Shown one piece after another: positions 36,930 through 46,428 of a stretch of 64,000 bases of DNA. The number at the start of each line of letters is the position of its first letter. Within the stretch, counting starts at the first letter, position 1. The DNA lies in IMG/VR virus record IMGVR_UViG_3300037361_000044, positions 126,299-190,298 of that record; one strand, given 5' to 3'. The DNA is from a virus (lineage: Duplodnaviria > Caudoviricetes). The notes beneath the pieces were generated by a model that was given only the letters and a program-made list of their open reading frames with translations, ran no database searches and was not told where the DNA came from. The translations under genes were made by a program, and so were the position numbers.

Positions 36930-37286
36930 ATGGATAAGCTAAGCGCAGCACAACAGTGCGAAATTCTCGAAGAGGTCCCCCGCGTTCTGCGTGAAGTGGC
37001 CGCGGAGAGAGATCTGTACAAGGAGGCCTTCCTGAAGGGGGCCAACCGTGCGCGGATCGAAAAGGTTGCTTCCCAGATGGTCGATAAGGGCCTGAAGGGC
37101 GGTACGGTACAGTCGGTGGCTGATGAGTTGGAGAAGCAGGCGCAAGCCGGCTCCCTCAACCTGGACGTCACCGAGCAAGCAGTGGAGCTCGTGGGCCCGG
37201 ACATGGGCAAGCACGCACATCTATCCGACGAGCTCTCGGGTTCCGCAGGGTCCAGCGACCTGGAGCGGTTTCTTACGTGCGGCTGA
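36930..37286 (+). CDS. Small scaffold-like protein
   Basis: ATG 36930 after GGAG; EKVAS, EKQA, GKHA. Confidence 0.65.
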   Translation: MDKLSAAQQCEILEEVPRVLREVAAERDLYKEAFLKGANRARIEKVASQMVDKGLKGGTVQSVADELEKQAQAGSLNLDVTEQAVELVGPDMGKHAHLSDELSGSAGSSDLERFLTCG

Positions 37287-37313
37287 TAGGCTAACAGGAG
37301 GAGCGTAGAGATT

Positions 37314-37838
37314 ATGTCGACGATTCAGAAACTAAATTTCGAGCCCATCAGCGACGTTCTGCCAATCCAGAGGAAAGACCTCTCGCTGGCAGACAAGTCG
37401 CTGGCGGAACCTTCCAACGCACAAGCACTCATCGACGGTGAGTGGATGACGGTTGACGGCAGCTACAAGTGGGCACGTGCCGCGGCTATCGGGACCCCCG
37501 GTACTGCTGCCACGGTCCGCAGCTTCCCCGTCTTCTTCGAGAAGGGCCGTTCGGACCGTCTCGGTATGGCGGAGCGCAAGACCACTTGCCTCTTCCGTGG
37601 CGAGTACGAATTCGACACCCGCGTCTACGACGCCAGTGCCACCGTTGGCTCGGGCGCCCCCATCAGCTCGGTCATGCAGCCCCTCAAGGTTGCGACCATC
37701 ACCATCGGCAGCCGTAACTTCGTTGGCCTCGTTGGCCACGGTGGCGCGGCAGACACCAACCCAGTAGTGGGTTATGTAACTCGGCTTCCCTCCAGCAATG
37801 GTGGTAAGCTTCGATTCATCTCGGGGTACCGCAGCTAA
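37314..37838 (+). CDS. Putative head decoration/cement protein
   Basis: AGGAGGAG RBS; beta-rich 174 aa immediately upstream of MCP. Confidence 0.55.
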   Translation: MSTIQKLNFEPISDVLPIQRKDLSLADKSLAEPSNAQALIDGEWMTVDGSYKWARAAAIGTPGTAATVRSFPVFFEKGRSDRLGMAERKTTCLFRGEYEFDTRVYDASATVGSGAPISSVMQPLKVATITIGSRNFVGLVGHGGAADTNPVVGYVTRLPSSNGGKLRFISGYRS

Positions 37839-37883
37839 CCGCTGGAACGACCCCTCTTACGAGAAAGTACAAGGAGAGACCCC

Positions 37884-39005
37884 ATGGCTGTTCCGGCGAG
37901 TGTATTGAACGACCTCTTTGCTTCGAAGCTCAATAGCAACGATGGCAAGGAAAAGATCGCCGAGTATGGTGGTAGCTACATCCGTGACCGCCTCCGCGAG
38001 GTGAGCTTTGCTCGCAAAGTCATCCCGCCGGAGCAGGTCACGCGTGCTGACTGCCAGCGCTCGGTAAACCACGACACCCTGGTCAAGATCATCGACATCG
38101 AGCCTAAGAGCCGAGCAATGTCGATTACCTTCCGGGGGCAACCCGAGGCTCGCTTCATTCGAGGCGACCGTGCGGAGATTGCATTCTTCACCATCAGCTC
38201 TGAGATGTTCCAAAAGACGGAGCAAGAGCTGCTGGCCTACGAGATGCCCATCACCAAGATCATCGAAGAGAATTCGGTGAAGGACATCCAGGAGATCGAG
38301 GACCGTGAGTTCACGATCCACATCGAGGCTGCTGTGCAGGCTCTCCAGACCGAGGCGAACGGTGGAACCCCCGCTGCTCTCCACTACGGTACGGTTGGTC
38401 AAGGCGCTGTCGAGTTCTCCGTCCGTAAGGGCGAGCTCGCACGCAACGCCACTGCCAACTCGGCAGAGGTACTCCCAGTCAGCCGCGTCGACATCGTCAA
38501 CCTGTTCAAGATGGTGGACGGGAACCGACTCCGTGCAGAGCGTCTGCTCATGACCGAGGTCGATTGGGACGATATCCTCTCCTGGACGGTGGAAGACTTC
38601 GGTGACCGTATTCAGTCGGAAACGACTGTCGACGGTTACAAGTACAACACGCTCTTGGGCAAGGCGTACATCCGTACCATCAAGACGGACATCCTTCGTC
38701 CCGGTAACATCTACGCGTTCACCAAGCCGGAGTTCTTCGGGAAGTTCTACGTACTGAACAACACGAAGTTCTACATCGACAAGATCGCCAACACGATCAC
38801 CTTCCAGGCTTGGGAAGACATCGGGATGTCGGTCATCAACATTGCGTCGGTTCGAAAGCTCGAGCTCTACTCGGGTGACGCCAACCCGACGACGGATGCG
38901 GATGACCTCCTGGACAACTTCATCCCACGGTCCGAGGAAGCCTTGGGCGCAGTCAATAACAGGGTTGACGCAGGGTTGAAATTTCCTCAGGTATCGCAAT
39001 ACTGA
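37884..39005 (+). CDS. mcp: Major capsid protein (HK97 fold)
   Basis: AAGGAGA RBS, strong codon bias, IRDRLREVSFARKVIPP, KDIQEIEDREF, EFFGKFYVL, WEDIGMSVIN; canonical position. Confidence 0.85.
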   Translation: MAVPASVLNDLFASKLNSNDGKEKIAEYGGSYIRDRLREVSFARKVIPPEQVTRADCQRSVNHDTLVKIIDIEPKSRAMSITFRGQPEARFIRGDRAEIAFFTISSEMFQKTEQELLAYEMPITKIIEENSVKDIQEIEDREFTIHIEAAVQALQTEANGGTPAALHYGTVGQGAVEFSVRKGELARNATANSAEVLPVSRVDIVNLFKMVDGNRLRAERLLMTEVDWDDILSWTVEDFGDRIQSETTVDGYKYNTLLGKAYIRTIKTDILRPGNIYAFTKPEFFGKFYVLNNTKFYIDKIANTITFQAWEDIGMSVINIASVRKLELYSGDANPTTDADDLLDNFIPRSEEALGAVNNRVDAGLKFPQVSQY

Positions 39006-39023
39006 GGTAGTTTCAGTTAGTTA

Positions 39024-39066
39024 CAAGGGGCTTAGCGCTGTTGTTTACAACGTGCTAGGCCCTTTG
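39024..39066 (+). terminator. Long hairpin after MCP, ending 2 nt before the HNH start (terminator or translation occluder)
   Basis: CAAGGGGCTTAGCGC-T-GTTG-TTTA-CAAC-GTGCTAGGCCCTTTG. Confidence 0.65.
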
Positions 39067-39068
39067 GC

Positions 39069-39662
39069 ATGTCCAGAGTTTGTAACTTCTGCCCGCGTAC
39101 AGACCTCACCGACGATGACTTCTACTCGACCAGGAACATCTGTAAGAAGTGCGCCATCGCGAAGAACAATGCCCGAGCAAAGAAGCTACGTGAGTCGGGG
39201 ATTTGCGTGGACTGCCAAAAGCCGGCGGAGCCAGGTAGCTCACGCTGTACTGCCTGTAAGGGTCTGCACCGCACCCGTTATCACATGAATAGCGCTAAGA
39301 ACCATACTGTGGCCAAAGAACGTAGGCAGCGTCTCAAACTGGCAGCCATGCACGCCTACGGCGGCCCTACCTGTGACTGTTGCGGCGAAAGCCACATGGA
39401 GTTCCTGACCATCGACCACGTCGATGGGAACGGTGCTGCCCATAGACGGCAACTGCAAACGGAAGCAGGCTGGACGTACAGGAATGCCAACATGTGTGGC
39501 AGCCACTTCTACCGGTGGCTTCAGCGTCAGGGGTATCCAGCGGGCTTTCGGGTTCTTTGCTTCAATTGTAACTTCTCCTTGGGCCATTTCGGGTACTGTC
39601 CACATGCCGGTTTGGTTCAACGCCCAACCCAGGCTAAACTAGCGGCGGAAGCTGCAGAGTGA
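39069..39662 (+). CDS. HNH/Endo VII-like homing endonuclease with Zn fingers
   Basis: CDCCGE..EFLTIDHVDGNG...VLCFNCN. Confidence 0.8.
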   Translation: MSRVCNFCPRTDLTDDDFYSTRNICKKCAIAKNNARAKKLRESGICVDCQKPAEPGSSRCTACKGLHRTRYHMNSAKNHTVAKERRQRLKLAAMHAYGGPTCDCCGESHMEFLTIDHVDGNGAAHRRQLQTEAGWTYRNANMCGSHFYRWLQRQGYPAGFRVLCFNCNFSLGHFGYCPHAGLVQRPTQAKLAAEAAE

Positions 39663-39669
39663 GGTTTAG

Positions 39670-40476
39670 ATGACTGAGACAAAGAAGACGCCGCCCTGCC
39701 TGGAAGAGTTCGTGGCCGCTGGCTACAGCGCTGAGAATTACGAGAGACACTTCGAAGAGCTGCGTGAGCTCGGTGAGGAGTGGGGACCCACGTGGAGCAA
39801 TCCAGCATGGAAGTCCGACACACCTAGGCTCCCGGCAGACTTGCCTGCCACCCTGATGGTGTGCAGCCAGGTGCGGAAGACGAGTTCCCGTGTCCTGCGT
39901 AGGCAGCAACCGACACGGCACCGCTTCAAGCAGTACCTGTTCTCGGACCCCAGCAAGCGTGTCCTGAGGAATCGACCTGTGCGTATTACAGCCGAGGACC
40001 TGGTAAAGAACTTCGCGGAACTGGAGGCCAAAGAGGCTTGCGGTATCCTGGCAGTACACACCTTGGATGGACGACGCTTGGACCTGGCTAGTTTGCGTGA
40101 CGGGGTTTTGTCCCTGTCCGGTAAGACGCCCAGTGTCACTAAGCAGAACCCCCCACTGGACTCCATCGCCAACGACACGCCCTCTGGCAACCCAATGCCG
40201 CAGTACATCGACGGCACCTTTGACGGTGATCCAGCCGCTGAGCGCGTGCTGGCTGACCTTACCGCGCAGAAGGTGCAGGAAGGTATTCGCCAGGGAGCGT
40301 TGGTCGACCCTGCCCTGGCAGAGGAGGAGGCTGAGTTCGAAGACCCTGCTGCTCCAGAAGCTCCTGCTGAGCCCAAAGAGCCTGTCGTTGAGGAGCCTCC
40401 ACCGCCTCCACCGCCAGCAGCACCCCCAGTTAGTCAACCCTCGACGAGCACCAAGCTCGGCAAGAAGCGGAGGTAA
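39670..40476 (+). CDS. Hypothetical protein with Pro-rich C-terminus
   Basis: GAGG RBS; lies in the structural operon. Confidence 0.7.
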   Translation: MTETKKTPPCLEEFVAAGYSAENYERHFEELRELGEEWGPTWSNPAWKSDTPRLPADLPATLMVCSQVRKTSSRVLRRQQPTRHRFKQYLFSDPSKRVLRNRPVRITAEDLVKNFAELEAKEACGILAVHTLDGRRLDLASLRDGVLSLSGKTPSVTKQNPPLDSIANDTPSGNPMPQYIDGTFDGDPAAERVLADLTAQKVQEGIRQGALVDPALAEEEAEFEDPAAPEAPAEPKEPVVEEPPPPPPPAAPPVSQPSTSTKLGKKRR

Positions 40477-40478
40477 TC

Positions 40479-40910
40479 GTGCGCGTCTTCAACCTCACTG
40501 ACGTCCCAACCAAGGTACTCGAGCAGCGTGGGCTGTTGAACCAGCACATCTCTGTGGCTCGGCGCATGGTGAATCCAGGCGAGTTCGTCGAGGTTGAGGA
40601 CCTTGCGGCAACACGGGACGGCCTGCAGTACTTGCTGCAGGTCGGGTCCCTGTCCATTGATGTGCTTCCGCCCACGTACCTGAAAGCCCGACAGGTGGCA
40701 CAGGCAGACGCCTCGCGTTCACCCCTCCGCGTGGCACACGTGGATGTCCAAGAGACCGCGGTGGCTGGTGGTGCTGCTCGATCATTGGCTGAGGGCGACG
40801 CCGTGGAACTGGCGAAGAACGACCCCTTGGTTGGGGCGGCTGACCCCGTTCCGGAACCCGTCGTGGCAGCCATACCCACGCCGAAGCAGGGCAAGGGTAA
40901 GCGGCGATGA
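40479..40910 (+). CDS. Hypothetical protein (head-neck region)
   Basis: GGAGG RBS plus GTG start. Confidence 0.7.
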   Translation: MRVFNLTDVPTKVLEQRGLLNQHISVARRMVNPGEFVEVEDLAATRDGLQYLLQVGSLSIDVLPPTYLKARQVAQADASRSPLRVAHVDVQETAVAGGAARSLAEGDAVELAKNDPLVGAADPVPEPVVAAIPTPKQGKGKRR

Positions 40911-41425
40911 CCGATGTAAACCGCGACACATTGCAGGGCTTGCCGGGGGTGACTCCAGCTTTCCGCTCCTTTGTGCAAATGGTCCGCGGCTACACCAGGG
41001 ACTTCCCCGAGCTCAACCGACTCATTGCTGGGGAGGAGTCCACGGACAGGCAGATTGCCTGGTCAGTACTGGACGCTTTGAGCCAATTCAACGGCACCCC
41101 GCACTTCACGCAGATGTCGCTCGATGAGCTACTGCAGCGCAACCAGCACAACCTCATGTGCCGGATGACTGTCATTTCCCTCATCGAGCAGGTGGGGCTT
41201 CTCCAGACGAGAAACCACATCAACTACTCGACGGGTGGCATCAACGTGGGCGTGAACGACAAGACGCCATTGCTCATGCAGTGGCTTCAATACTACCGAG
41301 GCACCACCGACCAGCTCATGCAGCGGGTCAAGGTGTCTCTCAACATCGAAGGTATTCTTGGCCCCTCCAATTCAGGGGTCATGAGCGAATACTGGGCAGT
41401 GAATTGCACTTACGCCCAGTTCTGA
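40907..41425 (+). CDS. Putative head-tail adaptor protein
   Basis: Helical 172 aa, VRGYTRD.PELNRL, INYSTGGINV; position after MCP. Confidence 0.55.
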   Translation: MTDVNRDTLQGLPGVTPAFRSFVQMVRGYTRDFPELNRLIAGEESTDRQIAWSVLDALSQFNGTPHFTQMSLDELLQRNQHNLMCRMTVISLIEQVGLLQTRNHINYSTGGINVGVNDKTPLLMQWLQYYRGTTDQLMQRVKVSLNIEGILGPSNSGVMSEYWAVNCTYAQF

Positions 41426-41456
41426 CAGTGGCTTCCAGCAGTTAGGGCTAACCACC

Positions 41457-41909
41457 ATGATGAAGATTGAAAAGTACGGCACCTTGGAAGAGGCCAACCT
41501 GAAGATGCAGGGCGGGCTCACGGGTGGTGTGAAGACCAGCGAGCCCTTTGCTGGGCTGGTGGGAAACACCGTCACGTTTGCTACGCCGGCAGGCTCATGC
41601 ACGTTCACGCAGCCGTCGGGGCAGCCTGTAGGCTTGATGCACTACACCGACGTCAAGGCTCAGCTCGAGGCAGCTATCAGCAACCTGCTGGTGACGTCTA
41701 CGGACAACAAGCTTTGCTTCGAGCACAAGACCGACGGGCTGTTCGTCTCCTTGGCGGCGCTGGATGAGCCAGCACGTACCAAGCTTGGGTTGGGTAACGG
41801 CGAAGCCATTACTGGCCGCTGTTTGAAAGGCCCGAGCTCCACCGATCTTCCACGCTTTGTGGAGTTCGTCACCGAACAACTCTTCGTCTACGTCGCCATC
41901 GAGGTGTAA
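41457..41909 (+). CDS. Virion protein resembling a stand-alone sheath insertion domain
   Basis: GLVGNTVTF...VKAQLEAA...KLGL resembles repeats in the sheath. Confidence 0.5.
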   Translation: MMKIEKYGTLEEANLKMQGGLTGGVKTSEPFAGLVGNTVTFATPAGSCTFTQPSGQPVGLMHYTDVKAQLEAAISNLLVTSTDNKLCFEHKTDGLFVSLAALDEPARTKLGLGNGEAITGRCLKGPSSTDLPRFVEFVTEQLFVYVAIEV

Positions 41910-41911
41910 TC

Positions 41912-43384
41912 ATGGATGCGTTTCAACAAGGTCTTAGTCGTGGGATTCCCGCGGAGAAGGCTGCGTCCTTCTTCGTGGGGCTGAAGAGCTGGCAGCCGTT
42001 GTCTCATGAGGACGACGTGCTCATGGCTGAGTGCATCAAGCAGGCGGCCCTCGAGCAGTCTCCTGCTCTTCGGAAGCAAGCGGCATTGGAGCGGCTGGCG
42101 CTCATCAAGCGTGCAGCCGAGGAGTCCACACACGGTGGTGGCGAGATGGCCACGCCTACCCCTGTTGAGGAGGGGACGCCGGAGACTTCGCCCGAGCAGT
42201 CCTTCCTTGCCAACGAGCAGGCAGGCATGGCCGCGGAGGAGCAGAACTCCTCGGCGTACTTCCAGCAGCTGCTCAGTGGCCTGCGTGAGGAGCTCGCGCA
42301 AAAGTCTGAGGAAGCGCAGCTAGCGCAACAACAGGCAGATCAGCTGATGCAGCAACAGCAGGCGCATGACCAAGAGGTTGCCGGCGCCCAGCAAGAAGCA
42401 CAGCTGGCCCAGCAGGCAGCCATGGAGCAGGTGCAGTCGGCTAACGCTTCGGCGACGACAGCCATGCAGCAGGCCGTGGACGCGGAGAACCGCGCGCTAC
42501 AAGCCAAGGGCAACGAGGCTGCCGCGAAGATTCAGCAGCAACAGGTTCGTAGCCAACTCTTTGGCCTAGCTTCCCAAGGGCTGCCCGGTACCGAGCCTGA
42601 GCTCGGCGGTGAAGGTAACGCCGCGGGTGGCATGGAAGGTGGCCAACCTCCGGCGGCGCCAGGCGGTGAGACGAATGGGGCCCCAGGTGAGACGGCAGCC
42701 GCCCCTGGTGAGACTCCACAGGCCGGCGGTGAGACACCCAGTGCTGGGATGAATGAAGCTGGGCAGCCGGCAAACGCCGAAGGCATGCCAGGTCAGGCCG
42801 CATCTACGGAGCAAGCCGGGGCGGCAGCTGGTCCTACCTCTTTGCAACCGGCGGATGACACGTCTGGCGGAGCTGGCTCTGGCTCTGGGGTCGGTCCTCA
42901 GTCCAACTCGACTGGGACGCCTTCGTCTCCATTGCAGGATCCCACTGCGAAGCGGCAAGGGCAGGTCTCCATCAAGGTCGGCAGCTACGAACAAGCCATC
43001 GCGTTCTTGGAGGAACGCCGCGGCCGCCCTTTACCTAAGGCAGCGGGGGTGAACCCCGCGCTTGTCGGTGGCCTCGCCGGTGGTGCCTTGGGCTTAGGCC
43101 TGGGCGCGCTCGAGGCCACGGGGCATGGTCCGGACTTGAACAAGTTGCGTGGAAAGATAGATGAACAGCACGCGGACATGCAGCAGCCTGGGTTGAAGGG
43201 CTTCGGTAAGGCCTTCGACTTGGCTTGGAATCGAACCCTGCTCACACAGGGCGAGGCAATACAGGCGCACCCAGTCTTGGGGACGCTTGCGAGTGGCGCC
43301 GCGGGCGCCGCCATGGGAGCAGGGCTTGGGCAGGAACTGCCAGGGGCGCTGCGTGAGGCCAGGAATCTGCACAAGAAGCCCTGA
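41912..43384 (+). CDS. Putative internal/ejection protein: Q/A coiled coil, P/G linker, glycine-zipper C-terminus
   Basis: K-x-A cluster; PKAA|GVNPALVGGLAGGALGLGLG. Confidence 0.6.
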   Translation: MDAFQQGLSRGIPAEKAASFFVGLKSWQPLSHEDDVLMAECIKQAALEQSPALRKQAALERLALIKRAAEESTHGGGEMATPTPVEEGTPETSPEQSFLANEQAGMAAEEQNSSAYFQQLLSGLREELAQKSEEAQLAQQQADQLMQQQQAHDQEVAGAQQEAQLAQQAAMEQVQSANASATTAMQQAVDAENRALQAKGNEAAAKIQQQQVRSQLFGLASQGLPGTEPELGGEGNAAGGMEGGQPPAAPGGETNGAPGETAAAPGETPQAGGETPSAGMNEAGQPANAEGMPGQAASTEQAGAAAGPTSLQPADDTSGGAGSGSGVGPQSNSTGTPSSPLQDPTAKRQGQVSIKVGSYEQAIAFLEERRGRPLPKAAGVNPALVGGLAGGALGLGLGALEATGHGPDLNKLRGKIDEQHADMQQPGLKGFGKAFDLAWNRTLLTQGEAIQAHPVLGTLASGAAGAAMGAGLGQELPGALREARNLHKKP

Positions 43385-43400
43385 GGCTGAGGAGACCGTC

Positions 43401-45071
43401 ATGCTCAACGAGTTTTTGCTAGCTGCATACAAGGACAACCAAACCAAGCTCGCCAACCGGCAGCTCGTGGACAAGCTGAAGGCCTTCGACCTGGACGACC
43501 TGGTCGCTCTGGCCAACGGTGACCCCACTGCGAAGCTGGCCTCTTACTGCGATGGACCGTCTGACGGCCCTCAATCCTGGCTCGACAAGTACAAGGGGTC
43601 ACCTTTGTTCGAAAAGGCCGTGGAGTTAGAGAAGTCCCTCCTCGAGGCAGACGCCGCGGCGGATGCCAAGCGCACGGAAGAGCGCGAGTCGGACAGGACC
43701 ATGGATGACCAGCGCGACGCCTTGCGTATGCAGAAGCGCATGCTCGATCTGGACCTTGCCCTTGAGCAAGAGGGTGGTGCCGCGGCAGCGGCGTCCCCGG
43801 AGCCCGCAGTACCAGCAACTCCGGAAGCCCCAGTCGAACAAGCTCCCTCTCAGACAGCCGTCGAGGTGAAGCAGGCTGGTTACATCAGCAACTTGCTGGG
43901 TAATGAGGCGAATAGGGCACAGATGACAGCGGCGGTGCACACCGCGTTGGGTAGCGGTGCACAAAATGTACAGCGCGCAGTAGAGCGTGCAGACAAGCTG
44001 TCTGGCAAGACATTGAAAGCGCGCCTGGGCACAGCTGGCGTACTTGGAGCAGCCGCAGGACTCGGCTCTGCCGCACACAAGAAGAAAGAGGCGGCCGTTG
44101 GTGCCTTCATCTCAGAAGCCCGCAGCACGCGCGACACTGTCCATCCGGAAGCCAGACAGGGAAATGGCCAGCTCGGTGACTATTCTGTGGACCCTTCGGA
44201 GACTGTGACCGAGGGTCTCCAGGTAAGTAAGACTGCGGCTGTTTCAAAGGTTGTAGCGGCGGACGCTGCCGGAAGACTCTTTGCGAAGTCTGCCAGCGTG
44301 GACTTGTCTGGCGTGAAGCAGTTAGCCAAGGATCGCATCAGCGGCATGCAGACGCTAATCGAGCCGCAGGTACGTGGTGCTTCTGCCATCGCCAATCGAG
44401 TGCTTGGCGAGAAGACTAGTGCCACCGATCCTCAGGCTTTTTACGAAGAGGTCATCAAGCGCTACCCGCACCTGGCCGGCAAGAAGAAGGAAGCGGCTAC
44501 GCAGGGTACCGCTGGGTTTGCTAACCCAGATGAGTTGCGTCTAGCTATCGCCGTGTTGAACCGTCAGGCAGCTCAGGCAGAGCAGCATCCAGTGCGTAGT
44601 CGTATTCATCAGGGGTTGGCTGGCGCCGGTGTGGGCGCATTGGGTGGCGCTGCCGTAGGTTCAATGGGCGCTGGACTTGTTGACCCGTCTGGCTACTCTC
44701 CAGCGCTTGCTGGATTAGGGGCTGGAGTGGGTGCGCTAGGCGGCGGTATTTACGGTGCAACCAGAAAACCCGGCGCAGGGACTCGTAGGGACGCAAACAA
44801 CCTGCAGCAACTTTTGCAGCACTACGAGGCCACTAAGCAGGCGGGAATTGCTGGCAGCTTGCTGCAGGGCGTAAAGACGTTGGGCTCCAATGCCAAGAAC
44901 CTGGCTACTACCGCACATGCGGCGGGGGGTATGCCCCAGGTAGCTAAGTCCTTTGGCAACGTCGCCAAGAATTTTGCCCAAGCCAACCCCTTGGCTGCCA
45001 CCGGTATCGCTGCTGGCGCTGCTGGTCTTGGCGGCATGGCCCTCGGCCGCGCAACGGCGCCCAACCGCTAA
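43401..45071 (+). CDS. Putative processed internal head polyprotein with glycine-zipper/amphipathic modules
   Basis: ATG 43401 after GAGGAG; modules separated by KQA, KEA, KTA, KSA. Confidence 0.62.
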   Translation: MLNEFLLAAYKDNQTKLANRQLVDKLKAFDLDDLVALANGDPTAKLASYCDGPSDGPQSWLDKYKGSPLFEKAVELEKSLLEADAAADAKRTEERESDRTMDDQRDALRMQKRMLDLDLALEQEGGAAAAASPEPAVPATPEAPVEQAPSQTAVEVKQAGYISNLLGNEANRAQMTAAVHTALGSGAQNVQRAVERADKLSGKTLKARLGTAGVLGAAAGLGSAAHKKKEAAVGAFISEARSTRDTVHPEARQGNGQLGDYSVDPSETVTEGLQVSKTAAVSKVVAADAAGRLFAKSASVDLSGVKQLAKDRISGMQTLIEPQVRGASAIANRVLGEKTSATDPQAFYEEVIKRYPHLAGKKKEAATQGTAGFANPDELRLAIAVLNRQAAQAEQHPVRSRIHQGLAGAGVGALGGAAVGSMGAGLVDPSGYSPALAGLGAGVGALGGGIYGATRKPGAGTRRDANNLQQLLQHYEATKQAGIAGSLLQGVKTLGSNAKNLATTAHAAGGMPQVAKSFGNVAKNFAQANPLAATGIAAGAAGLGGMALGRATAPNR

Positions 45072-45973
45072 TGCCCGTCGCCATCGAACTCTGCAAGCTC
45101 AAGGTCACCTCTTTGGATGTTGATTTCCATGAGGTGACTTGGGCTGTGGCTCCGACATCACGTGACGTGTTGGATTACACGTTCCAGGTGATTCGCTCGG
45201 AGGCAGAGGAGGGCCCCTGGACTGAGCTCTCCCCACCGATGGAGGACAGGTACGCCTTCATCGACGATGTGCTGCAGATATTGAATCGATGGCGCACGTA
45301 CTTTTACAAGGTGCGCGTGGTGGAGAAGATCTCAGGTGATGCTAGGGACTTTGGCCCCTTCGCCAAGGAGCCTGAGGCCGACCTGGTGGCTTTGGAGTTG
45401 CGCCGCCACATGCGTATCCTGTTCAAGGAGGTTGCCGGTAGGAGGTGCATTGTGCTCCCCATCCGCACCTTCGGGCAGCGTTGCCCTGATTGCTGGAACT
45501 TTCAGCTGAAGAAGCGAACCAAGAGTGGATGCCTCACCTGCTACGACACTGGCTTCGTGCGCGGGTACATGCACCCAATCGAGACGTGGACACAGATAGA
45601 CCCGAGCTCCAAGTCGCAGCAGAACGCCAATACTGGTATCACCCAGCAGGACAACACAACTTCGAGGCTGGGGTACTACCCTTCGATCAAGCCCTTTGAC
45701 TTGATCATCGAGGCCGAGAACGTTCGCTGGCGTGTGACCGGGCAGACCCAAACGGAGCACTCCCGTGCGGCGGTACATCAGGAAGTACAACTGCACCGTG
45801 TACCTGAGAAGGACATCGAGTACGCAATCCCTGTGCACTTCGACCAGGCTTTGAAGAACCTGTGGGTGACCCCCGAGCGTAACTACAGCAACCCGCACAA
45901 CCTATCGAACTTCGAGATCACTTCGATGCCGGACATCTTTGCGATGTATCCTCAACCACCGAGGCAGCCATGA
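45071..45973 (+). CDS. Putative neck/head-closure protein with FN3-like N-terminus and Zn finger
   Basis: YTFQVIRS..GPW..YFYKVRVV; RCPDC...CLTCYDTGFVRGY. Confidence 0.55.
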   Translation: MPVAIELCKLKVTSLDVDFHEVTWAVAPTSRDVLDYTFQVIRSEAEEGPWTELSPPMEDRYAFIDDVLQILNRWRTYFYKVRVVEKISGDARDFGPFAKEPEADLVALELRRHMRILFKEVAGRRCIVLPIRTFGQRCPDCWNFQLKKRTKSGCLTCYDTGFVRGYMHPIETWTQIDPSSKSQQNANTGITQQDNTTSRLGYYPSIKPFDLIIEAENVRWRVTGQTQTEHSRAAVHQEVQLHRVPEKDIEYAIPVHFDQALKNLWVTPERNYSNPHNLSNFEITSMPDIFAMYPQPPRQP

Positions 45974-46428
45974 CCTACGACGTAACCCTGAGGGAGATGC
46001 CACTGGCAAGGGCCTTGTGGAAGTTGGCGGAACTGCCAGAGCCACCGCCAGACTCCGGGGAGGTGCCACATGAAGAGCTCGGTTCGCTACGGCAACCCGT
46101 GACAAAGAACCACATCAAGAACCCCATCCTGCACGGACTTGGTGCTTTGGGTGGCGGCGCGTTGGCTTTTGGTGGCGGCATTGGCGCCGGCTACCTGGGT
46201 CAGCTGGGCGTCGAGAAGTTGATGGGAAAGCAGATACCTGCTGGCGTGCTCAGCAAGGCTGCTCCCGTCATGGGCGGACTAGCCGCAGTGGCGTACCATA
46301 CCTACAAGGCCAAAGAACAGGAGCAGTTACGCCGTGCACTCGAAGCCTACCAGAACCAATCCAGGGGATCAGTCCCCGCAGGAAAGCATCCGGTCCACAC
46401 CCCTGACCCAACTGCGGGTGCTGTATAA
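45970..46428 (+). CDS. Small glycine-zipper membrane-type virion protein
   Basis: ALWKLA| then GLGALGGGALAFGGGIGAG. Confidence 0.6.
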   Translation: MTYDVTLREMPLARALWKLAELPEPPPDSGEVPHEELGSLRQPVTKNHIKNPILHGLGALGGGALAFGGGIGAGYLGQLGVEKLMGKQIPAGVLSKAAPVMGGLAAVAYHTYKAKEQEQLRRALEAYQNQSRGSVPAGKHPVHTPDPTAGAV

